DNA of 64,000 bases from positions 96,001-160,000 of the forward strand of contig CAVSHO010000008.1 of NCBI GenBank assembly GCA_963727825.1, in the 5' to 3' direction. How positions within the stretch are numbered: position 1 is the stretch's first letter; each line of letters opens with the position of its first letter. The DNA is from Ignavibacteriota bacterium (GTDB lineage Bacteria > Bacteroidota > Ignavibacteria > UBA10030). The position numbers were made by a program, and so were the translations under genes. Below the pieces are notes generated by a model. The model saw only the letters and a list, made by a program, of their open reading frames with translations, ran no database searches and was not told the DNA's origin. Positions 1 through 11,700 of the stretch are shown here, piece after piece.

Positions 1-250
1 GGAATTTGTAGATAATATCTTGACGAAGATTACATTGCCGGGTTCAATTGCATTGGCTGCTGTTGCCATACTTCCGACGCTAATGATGAAATTGGGAGTG
101 ACACCGGGTTTTGCTCAGTTCTTCGGCGGAACAAGTTTGCTTATTGTGGTGGGCGTTGCGCTTGATACACTCCAACAAGTTGAATCGCATCTGTTAATGC
201 GTCACTATGATGGATTTATGAAGAGTGGAAAACTTCGAGGGAGACGATAA
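1..250 (+). CDS. secY: Preprotein translocase SecY, C-terminal part (truncated by window start)
   Basis: FGGTSLLIVVGVALDT and HYDGFMK SecY C-terminal motifs; precedes map-infA. Confidence 0.96.
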   Translation, partial: EFVDNILTKITLPGSIALAAVAILPTLMMKLGVTPGFAQFFGGTSLLIVVGVALDTLQQVESHLLMRHYDGFMKSGKLRGRR

Positions 251-265
251 GCCTCGAATTATAAA

Positions 266-1027
266 ATGATTTCTTTGAAATCACTTGAAGAGATTGAGTT
301 AATTCGTGAAAGCAGCAGAATAGTTGCTGATGTGCTCAAATTGGTAGGTGCTCAAGTTAGGCCGGGTATAACGACATTAGAACTTGATCACGCAGCAGAA
401 GATTATATTCGCTCGATGGGCGGAGAGCCGGCGTTTAAAGGATACGGGTGGGATAAAAGTAATTTATTTCCAGCGACACTCTGTATGTCGATAGACGAGG
501 AAGTTGTGCACGGCATTCCAAGCAAGCGTGCATTAAAAGATGGAGAATTATTATCCATTGATGTCGGTGCAAAGAAGAATGGATTTTATGGAGACGGTGC
601 TTGGTCTTTCGCTGTTGGTGAAGTCTCTGAAGAAAAGCAGCGATTAATGCGCGTGACTGAAGAATCGCTATTAATAGGAATTGAGCAAGCAGTTGTCGGT
701 AATAGAGTGCATGATATTTCGAGTGCGATTCAGCAGTACGTAGAAGCTAATGGGTTTTCGGTAGTTCGTGATTTAGTCGGACATGGCGTTGGAAGGAAAT
801 TGCACGAAGAACCATCTGTTCCAAATTACGGCGAGCCGGGGACAGGAGCAGTTTTGAAAAATGGAATGACGCTTGCTATCGAACCGATGGTTAACGCGGG
901 AACTTGGCACGTGAAAGTAGCAGCTGATGGTTGGACAGTCTTTACAGCAGACGGAAAACCGTCGGCACATTTTGAACATACGGTAGCGATTAAAAACGGC
1001 AAGGCAGAAATTCTCACCTTGTCCTAA
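266..1027 (+). CDS. map: Methionine aminopeptidase type I
   Basis: VVHGIP, SIDVG, GHGVG, AIEPM, AHFEHT metal-binding motifs; canonical context. Confidence 0.97.
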   Translation: MISLKSLEEIELIRESSRIVADVLKLVGAQVRPGITTLELDHAAEDYIRSMGGEPAFKGYGWDKSNLFPATLCMSIDEEVVHGIPSKRALKDGELLSIDVGAKKNGFYGDGAWSFAVGEVSEEKQRLMRVTEESLLIGIEQAVVGNRVHDISSAIQQYVEANGFSVVRDLVGHGVGRKLHEEPSVPNYGEPGTGAVLKNGMTLAIEPMVNAGTWHVKVAADGWTVFTADGKPSAHFEHTVAIKNGKAEILTLS

Positions 1028-1033
1028 GTAAGA

Positions 1034-1252
1034 ATGGCGAAGCAAGGACCGATTAAAGTTGATGGAGTGATAACGGATACGCTGCCTAATGCAACGTTCC
1101 GGGTAAAACTTGACAATGGTGTAGAAATCTTTGCTCATATCTCCGGCAAAATGCGGATGCATTATATTAAAATTCTTGTCGGAGATCGTGTAACAGTGGA
1201 AATGTCGCCGTATGATTTATCTAAAGGTCGGATTACATATCGGTATAAATAA
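1034..1252 (+). CDS. infA: Translation initiation factor IF-1
   Basis: 72 aa, AHISGKMR and [13 protein letters not shown]. Confidence 0.98.
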   Translation: MAKQGPIKVDGVITDTLPNATFRVKLDNGVEIFAHISGKMRMHYIKILVGDRVTVEMSPYDLSKGRITYRYK

Positions 1253-1310
1253 AATTCAAAATCGAAAGTTCAAATTTCTGGATTTTGGAAGTGCAAAAGA
1301 GGAACATTAA

Positions 1311-1424
1311 ATGAAAGTTAGATCATCGGTAAAGAAGTTGTGTGAAAATTGCAAGATTATTCGGCGTAAAGGTGTCGTTCGAATTATCTGCAAGAACCCG
1401 AAACACAAACAGCGGCAAGGATGA
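1311..1424 (+). CDS. rpmJ: 50S ribosomal protein L36 (not in the ORF track)
   Basis: Manual translation [37 protein letters not shown]; Zn-ribbon CxxC..CxxxxH; GAGGA upstream. Confidence 0.97.
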   Translation: MKVRSSVKKLCENCKIIRRKGVVRIICKNPKHKQRQG

Positions 1425-1442
1425 TAAACAAGGAGTAAAGAC

Positions 1443-1826
1443 GTGGCTCGTATTGCTGGGGTTGATTTACCTAAAAATAAATGTACTGAAATTGGTCTTA
1501 CTTATATTTACGGTATAGGCCGCTCCACGGCGCTGGAGATCCTTGAAAAAACAAAGATCGATGGTGCCAAAAAGGTTGGTGATTTGAATGACGAGGAAGT
1601 AGCGGCAATTCGTGCCGTCATTCAATCCGACTTTAAAGTGGAAGGCGCACTGCGGAGTGAGAATCAGCTCAACACGAAGCGGTTGATGGATATTGGCTGT
1701 TACCGCGGTTTGCGCCATCGCAAAGGCCTGCCGGTTCGTGGACAGAGAACCCGAACTAATTCCCGTACAAGAAAAGGTAAGAGAAAGACGGTTGCCGGCA
1801 AGAAGAAAGCACTCGAGAAGAAGTAA
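1443..1826 (+). CDS. rpsM: 30S ribosomal protein S13
   Basis: [27 protein letters not shown]; GTG start with AAGGAG RBS. Confidence 0.98.
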   Translation: MARIAGVDLPKNKCTEIGLTYIYGIGRSTALEILEKTKIDGAKKVGDLNDEEVAAIRAVIQSDFKVEGALRSENQLNTKRLMDIGCYRGLRHRKGLPVRGQRTRTNSRTRKGKRKTVAGKKKALEKK

Positions 1827-1862
1827 TTATTTTGTAGAGATTCTTTCAAAAGGATAATTTCA

Positions 1863-2258
1863 TTGGCTAAACAAACAGCACCAGTTACTAAGAAAAAAAA
1901 GAAAGTGCATGTTGATGTAAACGGAAAAGCGTTCATCAAAGCGACTTTCAACAACACAATCGTTACACTGACGGATACATATGGCAATGTTATCGCCTGG
2001 TCAACGTCTGGCAAAAACGGATTCAAAGGATCACGGAAAAGCACTCCATTTGCTGCCCAAGTTGCCGCTGAAGCAGCTGCAAAAGAAGCGCGCGATCTTG
2101 GACTTCGCCGTGTTGAAGTATTTATTAAAGGACCGGGCGGCGGACGAGAAGCAGCTGTGCGCTCATTGCAAACCGCTGGGCTGGAAGTGACATTGATTCG
2201 TGACATTACGCCAATTCCGCACAATGGATGCCGTCCACCAAAACGTAGAAGAGTTTAA
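1863..2258 (+). CDS. rpsK: 30S ribosomal protein S11
   Basis: [25 protein letters not shown]; TTG start. Confidence 0.98.
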   Translation: MAKQTAPVTKKKKKVHVDVNGKAFIKATFNNTIVTLTDTYGNVIAWSTSGKNGFKGSRKSTPFAAQVAAEAAAKEARDLGLRRVEVFIKGPGGGREAAVRSLQTAGLEVTLIRDITPIPHNGCRPPKRRRV

Positions 2259-2341
2259 AACAATTGACGATTGTGTGATTTCCGATTTGATGATTGAATC
2301 GAAAATCGAAAATTGAAAATCGAATATTATTTAGGAGAATT

Positions 2342-2971
2342 ATGGCAAGATACATTGATGCCAACTGCAAGCAGTGTCGTCGGGAAAAACAAAAATTGTT
2401 CCTAAAAGGAACAAAGTGCTTGACGGAAAAGTGTCCGCTTGAAAAGAGGAATTATGCACCGGGTCAGCATGGCCAATCTCGTCGATCGCGGATTTCTGAA
2501 TATGGCGTACAATTGCGTGAGAAACAGAAAGTGCGCCGGATGTATGGAATTCTGGAAGCGCAATTCCGAAATTATTTTCATCGGGCATCTCAGCAGTCAG
2601 GTCGTACCGGCGATGCTTTGGTGAAGATGCTAGAGCGCCGAATTGATAATGTCATTTATCGGTTAGGTTTTGCGCCATCGCGCAAAGCAGCGCGGCAACT
2701 AGTTGTCCATCGACATTTTATGGTGAACAATCAGATTGTTGACGTTCCGTCATATCTTATCAACCCTGGAGATGTCATTCAAGTACGGGATCATGCCAAG
2801 AAATTGGCTCTTATCCACGATGCTATGAAACGCGTGAAAGACACTTCGATGCTGCCATGGTTGAGTATTGATAAAGCGACTATGACCGGTACATTTTTGA
2901 ATATTCCGGAGCGAGCAGATATTCCATTGAATGCAAATGAACAATTGATTGTTGAGTTGTATTCAAAATAA
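2342..2971 (+). CDS. rpsD: 30S ribosomal protein S4 (Zn-binding CxxC type)
   Basis: MARY..CKQCRRE, QLREKQK, IVELYSK; ATG at 2342 after AGGAG preferred to TTG at 2294. Confidence 0.97.
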   Translation: MARYIDANCKQCRREKQKLFLKGTKCLTEKCPLEKRNYAPGQHGQSRRSRISEYGVQLREKQKVRRMYGILEAQFRNYFHRASQQSGRTGDALVKMLERRIDNVIYRLGFAPSRKAARQLVVHRHFMVNNQIVDVPSYLINPGDVIQVRDHAKKLALIHDAMKRVKDTSMLPWLSIDKATMTGTFLNIPERADIPLNANEQLIVELYSK

Positions 2972-3038
2972 TTAAGAAAAATCTAACTATGAGACAGAAA
3001 CTTTTATCCGCCTCGATGAACTCGGGAAAAGGAACACT

Positions 3039-4022
3039 ATGAGTACCCTGCAAATGCCTGAAAGAGTCGAACTGGAACAGTCGACATATTCCGTTACCTC
3101 GGGAAGATTTACACTTCAGCCGTTGGAAAAAGGATTTGGAGTGACAATTGGAAATTCTATGCGCCGCGTATTATTGTCATCGTTACCGGGCACGGCGATT
3201 ACTGCAATTCGTGTAGAAGGAATTCACCACGAATTCTCTACAATTAAGGGAATGGTTGAAGATGTATCGGATTTTATTCTGAATCTGAAACAACTTCGAA
3301 TAAAACCGATTAACAAAAAAGCGACAAAAGTGATGATGCATGTGAAAGGTCCCGGTGAATTGAAAAGTGGTGACCTTCAAAAGTTTTCGTCAGAAATCGA
3401 AGTTTTGAATCCGGATTACCATCTGGCTTCTTTGAATAAAGATGCGGATTTCGAGATTGAATTACGGTTGGGTCGCGGAAAAGGGTATGTTCCTGCCGAA
3501 GAGAATAAATCGGTAGATCTACCGTTAGGAACAATCGCAATCGACTCGGTCTTTACACCTATAGTAAATATACGATATACGGTTGAGCCTACACGAGTTG
3601 GCGGGCAGACTGACTTTGAGAAGCTTATTCTTGATGTTGAAACCGATGGTTCAATAACTCCGGAAGAAGCGGTGACTTATGCGGCAAAAATATTACGAGA
3701 TCACTTGCAGCTCTTCATCAACTTTGGTATAGAACCGGAAGCAGAAAAAGCGGAAACAGAACAAGAAGCAGAAATTGGTAGAGTACGGAAAGTTTTAAAA
3801 ATGTCCGTTGATGAATTGGAATTATCAGTACGTTCGCACAATTGTTTACGTTCAGCCAATATCAAAACGTTAGCAGATTTAGTGCGGCGCAGCGAATCTG
3901 AGCTTTTAAAATTCCGCAATTTCGGACGCAAATCTTTAGCAGAACTTTCCGAGATAGTTGAACAGCATGGATTGATATTCGGAATGGATGTGGACAAGTA
4001 TTTGAAAGAAGGTAACGACTAG
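3039..4022 (+). CDS. rpoA: RNA polymerase alpha subunit
   Basis: PLEKGFGVTIGNSMRRVLLSS, ELSVRSHNCL, NFGRKSL. Confidence 0.98.
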   Translation: MSTLQMPERVELEQSTYSVTSGRFTLQPLEKGFGVTIGNSMRRVLLSSLPGTAITAIRVEGIHHEFSTIKGMVEDVSDFILNLKQLRIKPINKKATKVMMHVKGPGELKSGDLQKFSSEIEVLNPDYHLASLNKDADFEIELRLGRGKGYVPAEENKSVDLPLGTIAIDSVFTPIVNIRYTVEPTRVGGQTDFEKLILDVETDGSITPEEAVTYAAKILRDHLQLFINFGIEPEAEKAETEQEAEIGRVRKVLKMSVDELELSVRSHNCLRSANIKTLADLVRRSESELLKFRNFGRKSLAELSEIVEQHGLIFGMDVDKYLKEGND

Positions 4023-4043
4023 GTCGTAGAAGGAAAGTGGAGT

Positions 4044-4604
4044 ATGCGTCATCAGAACTCAGGACGAAAACTTAAACGGACAAGCAGCCATCGCAAAGCT
4101 ACACTTGCAGCATTGTGCACTGCTTTGATTGTCCACAAGAGAATTAAAACCACCGTTGCGAAAGCAAAGGAAACGAGAATGTTCGTGGAGAAAATTATCA
4201 CGCGGGCAAAGAACGCTGTTATTACGGAAACTGCACCTGATAAGAAAGATATTTCTGCGCGACGTGAAGTATTTGCGGCTCTAAGAAACAAAGAGGCAGT
4301 ATCTATATTGTTCAAGGACGTTGCACCAAAAGTTGCTACACGCACAGGTGGATACACACGGGTCGTTAAACTTGGCAGGCGATTAGGTGATGGTGCTGAG
4401 CTTGCAGTGTTAGAACTTGTCGATTTTAATGTTGGTCAGGAAAAATCAGCAGTAAAGGCGGCGAAAAAACCTGCTTCTCGTAAGAAGAGCGCGTCAAAAA
4501 CAAAGAAGAGAACAGATGCGACAACTGGCTCTGAAGTGACTGAGAAGGTGACAAAAAACGCACCGGAAACTAATGCGGGATCACCACCGGTTGTTGAGGA
4601 ATAA
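4044..4604 (+). CDS. rplQ: 50S ribosomal protein L17 with Lys/Ala-rich C-terminal extension
   Basis: [27 protein letters not shown]. Confidence 0.97.
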   Translation: MRHQNSGRKLKRTSSHRKATLAALCTALIVHKRIKTTVAKAKETRMFVEKIITRAKNAVITETAPDKKDISARREVFAALRNKEAVSILFKDVAPKVATRTGGYTRVVKLGRRLGDGAELAVLELVDFNVGQEKSAVKAAKKPASRKKSASKTKKRTDATTGSEVTEKVTKNAPETNAGSPPVVEE

Positions 4605-4614
4605 TATGGGGAAC

Positions 4615-4651
4615 AAAAAAGGATAGCATATTGCTATCCTTTCTTGCTTTT
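4615..4651 (+). terminator. Intrinsic terminator after rplQ
   Basis: AAAGGATAGCA-tat-TGCTATCCTTT hairpin followed by a T-rich tract. Confidence 0.75.
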
Positions 4652-4669
4652 GTTGTGTAGGAGAAAAGT

Positions 4670-5299
4670 ATGCTTAAGATTGCATCAGCAGAATTTTTAC
4701 AGGGCGTCATCGATCTTCGACAACTTCCGAAGAACGAATTACGCGAGATCGTGTACATTGGACGATCAAATGTTGGCAAGTCATCTTTGTTGAATAAAAT
4801 GTGCAACAAGAAGAACCTTGCACGCACTAGTAGTATTCCAGGAAAGACTCGCGAGATTAACTACTATATTATCAACAACGATTTCTATTTTGTTGATTTG
4901 CCGGGATATGGATACGCCAAAGTACCTGAGCAAATGCGCGCAGGTTGGAAGAAGTTGATTGAAGATTTCTTGAAGCGCGGTGAACCAGTTGTTTTAGCAA
5001 TGCAGTTGATCGATTCACGCCAAGAGCCAACGCCGTTAGACTTGATGATGATGGATTGGTTAGAGTATTATGAAGTACCTTATTTACTTGTTCTTACAAA
5101 AGCAGATAAGCTGCCGTTTAGTAAATTAGGGAAGCAAATTGAAATGTATAAAGAGCGTTTCCAAAACCAGTTAACAGGTGGATGTTGTCGCGGTATTGTG
5201 CCCTTTTCAATTGTAAGCGGTGATGGACGAACGGAGTTGCTAAAATATATTGATATGCATTTACAAACCTCACCTAAAAAGAAAAAAGTAGCTGTTTAG
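4670..5299 (+). CDS. engB: Ribosome biogenesis GTPase YihA/YsxC
   Basis: GRSNVGKSS, PGKT, DLPGYG, TKADK G1-G4 motifs. Confidence 0.96.
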   Translation: MLKIASAEFLQGVIDLRQLPKNELREIVYIGRSNVGKSSLLNKMCNKKNLARTSSIPGKTREINYYIINNDFYFVDLPGYGYAKVPEQMRAGWKKLIEDFLKRGEPVVLAMQLIDSRQEPTPLDLMMMDWLEYYEVPYLLVLTKADKLPFSKLGKQIEMYKERFQNQLTGGCCRGIVPFSIVSGDGRTELLKYIDMHLQTSPKKKKVAV

Positions 5300-5327
5300 C
5301 TGCTTTATAATACTTCATTTTTCAGAC

Positions 5328-5359
5328 GACCTCGGCCTAAACAGCCGCGGTCTTTTTTT
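5328..5359 (+). terminator. Intrinsic terminator after engB
   Basis: GACCTCGGC...GCCGCGGTC imperfect stem followed by a T7 run. Confidence 0.65.
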
Positions 5360-5546
5360 CTCTGCCGGGTAGTAAAATATCTCTCTTATTGTTCCCCGGG
5401 TCTAATACCCTATTGTTCGCATTATTATTATCGTCCTGATATAATCGGGGGGGAATGCAGAGCGATTGCCCCCCGCTATCTTTATTTACGCAATAATTCT
5501 TCATCAAATTGAGTATATAAAATTATTAACATTTATGAAAAAGAGC

Positions 5547-5575
5547 TTGACAAACAATGCAACAAGATATATATT
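5547..5575 (+). promoter_or_regulatory. Sigma70-type promoter upstream of the TonB-dependent receptor operon
   Basis: TTGACA-17 nt-TATATT. Confidence 0.6.
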
Positions 5576-5777
5576 CTGTAAACCAATCAATCGCACACAT
5601 TTAAGAAGGAGGTGAAGCGATTCCTTGTGAGTATTTATATGTATCACAAGGATATACCTAATCAGTTTTGCGAACAATTTTCTTTCCAAGCTCGTTGAAT
5701 TTGTTGTCTCATTCGGGCCATTTATTAAAACCCCTTAGTTCTAAACTTAACTCTCCATATATAAAGGAGGTTTTTGT

Positions 5778-8700
5778 ATGCAACAAAAATACTGGTTAAC
5801 CCTACTCCTGTTATTGCTAGTGCCAGGAGTTATGTTTGCGCAATCTGGTAAAATCCGAGGAACGGTTGTAGATTCAAAGACAAAAGAACCGCTGGTCGGT
5901 GCGAATGTCGTGCTTGAAGGTACGAGCTACGGAAGTTCAACTGATATTCAAGGTAAGTATACTATTTTGAATGTTCCGGTAGCCACGTATTCCATTAAAG
6001 CAACATATATTGGATACCGGCAGATGACGATATCTAATGTCCGTGTAAACTCTGATTTAACAACCGAAGCTAATTTCCCTCTGCCATCGGAAGATGTGCA
6101 GGTCGAAGCGGTGGAGATCGTTGCAGAGCGACCGTTGATAACTAAATCTTCGACGAATGCAGTTAGTATCTTGGATAATGTAAATATTGAACAGCTGCCT
6201 GTTCGTAATCTTACCTCAGTGTTTTCGTTACAAGCTGGTGTAGTTCAACGAGGTTTAGATGCGAATGGAAATGCGAATCTCTATATTCGAGGTAGCCGTG
6301 CAGATGAATCGGGATTTCAAATTGATGGGATGTCTGTCAACAATGTCTATGCAGGTGGCCGTGCAGTTGCAGTTAACAATGAGGCAGTTGAACAGGTTCA
6401 AGTACAAGAAGGCGGTTATTCTTCCGAATTTGGCGGCGCAAATGGTGGACTTATCAACATGCAGTTAAAGACCGGCCAAGAACATTTACGAGCAACTTTG
6501 CAAGCAGAGACCGATAATTATACATCTCAAGGGCAAAAATCCCTTGGAGGATATTCCTATGGGTATTCTGATTATGTGGGAACAGTAGGCGGGCCGATTG
6601 GGAGCGAGAAGATTCGTTTCTTTGCAAGTATTGAAAACCAATTTTATCGGGATCCGAATACACGCTATTGGGATGGCTATAATTTCACAGGAAACAACGC
6701 TGTCGTTACTTCGGCAGCCGACGCTGAAACGCACCCAGGAACTATACAATCCGATACGTTGAATTTAGCATATCAAGCCGGTAATATGCTTGGTGGCCAG
6801 CAAAATGATTATACTTATACAGGAACTCTTTTATTTGATCTTGGTGAATATCAAATACGGGGATCAGGCTCCTATCATACACGTGATGCAAGAACTTCTG
6901 CTGGTTTTGGTAATATATTAAATTTAAGTCGATTACCTCTTATACAAAATTATGATGGATTTAGCAATATTAAAGCGACAGCATTTCTTACACCCAAAAC
7001 ATATGTCGAAGCTAATTTTAATTATATGGCTTCAGACGCAAAGACTATGGATCCGTATTTTAAGGATAACTTTAGTCTATATGCCGATTCTGCAGCTAAC
7101 GCTCCACTAGGGTATATATTTGGCTATTCTGGTCAACCCTATTTACCATGGAAAATCGGCGGTGGTGGACAAGCCTCAGATGCTCTTGTAAATCAACCCG
7201 GTACTCCTACTACAGGGTATACAAACCAATCACAACAATCGGTAGGCGGACGCCTTGATTTCTTTTCGCAAGCCGGTAATCATGCTGTGAAAGTGGGCGG
7301 CGAATATACACGTTATACGATCAGGCGCTATGCCATCAGCGGCGGTGATGCAAATAACAGAGCAGGCATCAACGATATTCATTCGCAAGGATATTTGTCT
7401 GACACATCAGACATCGAACGGCAAGCCTTTTTAATGGCATCAGGGACAGTCAATAATTTTGGATATGATGCCCTTGGCAATTCTATCGATGGTAATCAGT
7501 ATGTCAACGGCAATCTGTTCAACTTAGGCCCTCGACATCCGCAATTTGGTGGCGCCTATATTCAAGATAAAATTGAATTATCTGATATTGTGTTAAATAT
7601 TGGCGTACGGTACGATTATATTAATACCGATAATATAAAATATAAAGATCCCACGAATCTGCATGTTATAAGTTCGTTGGGTATTGTTTCCAGCGCTGAT
7701 ATCGAGAACGCACCTGTGGCGCAGCAGATCAGTCCTCGTTTGGGATTTGGTTTTCCCGTAACGGATAAAACAATGTTCCATGCACAATATGGAAAATTCA
7801 TTCAACAATCAGAATTATCAGATACTTATGCTGGGTTGGGATTGGCGACGTATTATATATCCGGAGGTAACTTTATCCAGTTCCCATTAGGATATGGTCT
7901 GAAACCGGAACGTTCAACGCAATACGAAGCTGGATTTTCTCAACAGATCGCTGATAACGCTTCATTTGATATAACGTTTTTCTATAAAGATGTGCAGGAT
8001 GCAATTCAATACGCCAACATATATCCGGCTGCAGGTGCTACGATAAAATCGTATCCTGCATATATCAATGGAGATTTTTCTACATCGAAGGGATTGGAGT
8101 TTAAATTCACAATGCGTAGAACGAAACGTGTTCAATTGCAGATGAATTACACTTATACAAATGGACAAGGAACTGGTTCTAACTCAAGCGACTTAGCCGG
8201 TGCGGCATATAATGGTTATGTTCCTAAAATGATTTTCCCGTTCTCTTATAACCAAGCGCACACAGGGAATGTATCATTGGATTATCGCTTCGGTCAAAAC
8301 GATGGCGGCCCAATTCTGCAACGACTTGGATTGAATCTCCTATTCACTTTTGGCAGCGGATATAATTTTACACAGGAAAATGTCTCGGGGAATTTATATA
8401 GCGGAGCAGAAACAGACGTACGTAATCGAATTCCCGTTGAAAACATTGGAGGCTCTACAACGCCAGCAACGTACGAATTGGATCTCCGCATTGATAAAAC
8501 CGTATCAATTGGTTTTACAGATGTAAATTTCTATATATCTGTTCTTAATTTACTTAATACACAAAATGTTGTTTCAGTCTTTGCTCGAACCGGTGATCCC
8601 GCAGACGATGGTTGGTTAGCTTCGGCTTCCGGCATACAAGAAGCGAGTGGTGCGACGAACCCTGCACAATATGCTGCCATTTATCAAGCACGATATTTGG

Positions 8701-8789
8701 GGAATAATGTTACTACGGGTAATGGTAGCTTTGGAAGTAATTATGGCGCTCCTCGTCAAATCCATTTTGGTATGAAACTTGAATTCTAA
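5778..8789 (+). CDS. TonB-dependent receptor with N-terminal carboxypeptidase-regulatory-like domain
   Basis: Signal peptide; GKIRGTVVDSKTKEPLVGANV; plug motif YIRGSRADE..IDG, GGYSSEFG; C-terminal PRQIHFGMKLEF; AAGGAGG RBS. Confidence 0.92.
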   Translation: MQQKYWLTLLLLLLVPGVMFAQSGKIRGTVVDSKTKEPLVGANVVLEGTSYGSSTDIQGKYTILNVPVATYSIKATYIGYRQMTISNVRVNSDLTTEANFPLPSEDVQVEAVEIVAERPLITKSSTNAVSILDNVNIEQLPVRNLTSVFSLQAGVVQRGLDANGNANLYIRGSRADESGFQIDGMSVNNVYAGGRAVAVNNEAVEQVQVQEGGYSSEFGGANGGLINMQLKTGQEHLRATLQAETDNYTSQGQKSLGGYSYGYSDYVGTVGGPIGSEKIRFFASIENQFYRDPNTRYWDGYNFTGNNAVVTSAADAETHPGTIQSDTLNLAYQAGNMLGGQQNDYTYTGTLLFDLGEYQIRGSGSYHTRDARTSAGFGNILNLSRLPLIQNYDGFSNIKATAFLTPKTYVEANFNYMASDAKTMDPYFKDNFSLYADSAANAPLGYIFGYSGQPYLPWKIGGGGQASDALVNQPGTPTTGYTNQSQQSVGGRLDFFSQAGNHAVKVGGEYTRYTIRRYAISGGDANNRAGINDIHSQGYLSDTSDIERQAFLMASGTVNNFGYDALGNSIDGNQYVNGNLFNLGPRHPQFGGAYIQDKIELSDIVLNIGVRYDYINTDNIKYKDPTNLHVISSLGIVSSADIENAPVAQQISPRLGFGFPVTDKTMFHAQYGKFIQQSELSDTYAGLGLATYYISGGNFIQFPLGYGLKPERSTQYEAGFSQQIADNASFDITFFYKDVQDAIQYANIYPAAGATIKSYPAYINGDFSTSKGLEFKFTMRRTKRVQLQMNYTYTNGQGTGSNSSDLAGAAYNGYVPKMIFPFSYNQAHTGNVSLDYRFGQNDGGPILQRLGLNLLFTFGSGYNFTQENVSGNLYSGAETDVRNRIPVENIGGSTTPATYELDLRIDKTVSIGFTDVNFYISVLNLLNTQNVVSVFARTGDPADDGWLASASGIQEASGATNPAQYAAIYQARYLGNNVTTGNGSFGSNYGAPRQIHFGMKLEF

Positions 8790-8792
8790 ATA

Positions 8793-11700
8793 ATGAAAAC
8801 ATTTAGGAGTAAGACTATGATAGTATCACGAATATTGAAAGTGTCTTTCCTTATTCTTTTCATGACAGGATTGGTAATTATGCCGATCTCGGCAAAAAAC
8901 AAAGACAACACACCTGTGAAAGGTTTGAGAAAGACAGCAACGAACGATGTTTATCATCCAATGTTGATTAATAATATTTTTAATTATTACTCTAACAACG
9001 GCGATGGCTCGTTCAATAACTTCAGCTCTACCAGTGAAGGATTTGAATTTCCCAAGGGAGATAATTTGGCAACCTGTATCTTTGAAGATGGCATTGTCTG
9101 GGGTTGCCACCAAGGCGGACAACTAAAGGTTGGAGGTTCAACTTATTGGCATGGGCTACAAGCTGGACCGATTATTACGCCTGGTACAGCAACAACAGAT
9201 CCTGTTGCGGATGATCCTTCAAATCCAGCAAATAGGTTATTCCGGGTTCGTCCTGATTTAAAACCAATTTCGGGTGTTACTGACCCGGATGATCCAGCAG
9301 CAGCCGGCGAATTAGCGATTGTTCAAAATTCAGAGGTTCCTTTAATTGGACGGTACGAATCAGGAATTAAAGCAGAAGCTATATTGGCACAATACTGGGC
9401 AGATTGGAATGAATGGCCTGCAGCATTAGGCGCTCCCTTTATTGATGTGAAGGGCAATGGCGTGTACGACCCAACGGTTGACATTCCCGGTGTTCCACAA
9501 GCAGATCAAACTATGTGGTATGTAGCCAATGATCTTGATAAGGTGAGGGTCAATACTTTGGCCGGTTCTACGCCCATCGGTCTTGAAATGCAGAAAACAA
9601 TTTGGGCATATAACCTTAATGGAGCATTAGCGAATACAATTTTTGCAAGCACTAAGATAATTAATAAAAGCGGCAAAGAATTAGATTCTATGTATGTCGC
9701 CCAGTGGACTGATCCTGATCTTGGTGATGCAAACGATGATTTTGCTGGATGCGATACAATAAGAAGTTTAGGATACATTTATAATGGAGAAGCCACAGAT
9801 GCCAATTTTGCTGCATATAACCTTGTAGTTCCAGCTGCCGGTTTTGACTTTTTCCAGGGACCAATAGTGCAGGGGGCAGCAACGGATACTGCAATTTTTG
9901 ACTTGAAGTACCGTCCTGGTTTCAAAAATCTTCCTATGACGGCATTTAATTACTTTATTAATGGTAATGCAACCTATGCTGATCCGGCTAATGCATCGTA
10001 CAGTGGAACAATCTCATGGTACAACCTCCTCCGAGGTTTAGTTGGGACGACAGGTGCACAATATATTAATCCGATCACAAAATTACCAACACCCTTTGTA
10101 TTGAGTGGAGATCCGGTTGCAGGTACAGGCTGGATAGATGAAAATATGGGTGATCGTCGAGAATGCCTATGCAGTGGTCCATTTAAGATGGTTCCGGGTG
10201 TCAGTGATACACAAGAAGTTGTTGTTGCAAACATTGCAGCCCGCGGAGCGGATTATCTCTCCAGCGTGACGCAATTAAAAGCTGCAGATGATTTTGCTCA
10301 AAATATTTATAATCGTTTATTTAGTTTTCCTACTGCACCAGCACAGCCCAAATTACAAATTGTGGCATTGGATGGAAAGGTTGTCTTAAATTGGGGCGAT
10401 CCTGTAGCTGCAACAGCAACGGAGAGCCAAAATGCAAATGGCTATACGTTTGAAGGGTATAACATATGGCAATGTCCGACGAACTCATCTGGTGGTGCAA
10501 AATTACTTGCGACATACGACGTTGTTGATTCTGTTGCGGTAATTTGGGATAATGTGTATGATCCTGCTTTAGGCGCAAAAATTTATAAACCAGTCCAGTT
10601 TGGTACAAACTCTGGACTTGTTCGAACATACCAAATTACGAAAGATGCGGTCAAAGGCGGTGGATTAATAAACGACCGCAATTACTATTTTGCTGTAACA
10701 GCGTATAATTTTAATCCTACACCTACGCTGTTAGGAGCAAGTCTTGAAAATGCCATAACCCCTGTAACAGTAGTACCACAAGCAACATTACCGGGAGTAG
10801 TTTACACTCAAAAATATGGTGATACGCTGGTTGTGGCTCACGGCAGCGGTGTCAGCGATGGCACTGTGTTAGTAACTGTAATTGATCCCAGTGCATTGAC
10901 AGGCGATAACTATAAGGTGACATTTGATGCATCGGGCTTGTGGTCATTGATCGATGTGACGAAAGGCACTACGTTGCTGACTAAGCAAGCACAAAGTGCT
11001 ACTGGTTCAGTACCCGGCGGTTTTGTAGTTGATGGAATGCAGGTCACAGCTTTTGGGCCACCTCCAGGTATGAAAGAATTTCTAATACCTTCAGGTACCC
11101 GACGGTTTTCTCCTGTTGGAGGATATACAGGGCTTGGACTTGAGGGCTTCAGCAGTGCTGGTGATCCGACTGCATACGACCCGACAGCTGGTACTATTGG
11201 TATGGCTGGCAGTTTTCTCTTCGGAGGAATTGGCACTACTTTAACTACATCACAATATCATACGGTTCTGCTAAAAATGGCACCGGTTCCTGATCCCGTA
11301 ACTCTCTGGGATCCTAAGGCAACACCAACGGATGCGAATTATTCAAAAGCATATCGCTATTTACGCCATGCTGCTACTTCTTATGGGGTTGCAGATCCTT
11401 CGTTTGCTCCCTGGATTATCAATACAGTGGGTACATATCCTTATCAGGATTTCAATTATGCTGTTCCATTCTCTGCGTGGGATATGGATGTTACTCCACC
11501 TATGCGGCTTGCGGTTGGTTGCTTTGAGAACAACGCAACAGGTGCTTCAGTCGATGGCCGGTATTGGCCGCCACTGACGACTGGCGACAATACGGTGAAT
11601 CGTGAATTCTGCTTTATTTGGAGCAAGCCCTATTCAACTACACCGGATCCGACATTACAGATCGATATATATGCGAATACATCGACGCCAATGATGTGGA

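Noticed and set aside
2294-2341. Longer TTG start for rpsD
   Set aside because: The extension is translated repeat sequence; the RBS and the conserved MARY start point to 2342.
773-4357. Many antisense and alternate-frame ORFs over ribosomal and other core genes (also throughout the window)
   Set aside because: Shadows of well-supported genes, with no family motifs or RBS.
5446-5476. GC-rich hairpin in the engB-TBDR spacer as a possible ncRNA
   Set aside because: A single hairpin with no recognisable RNA family features; insufficient support.
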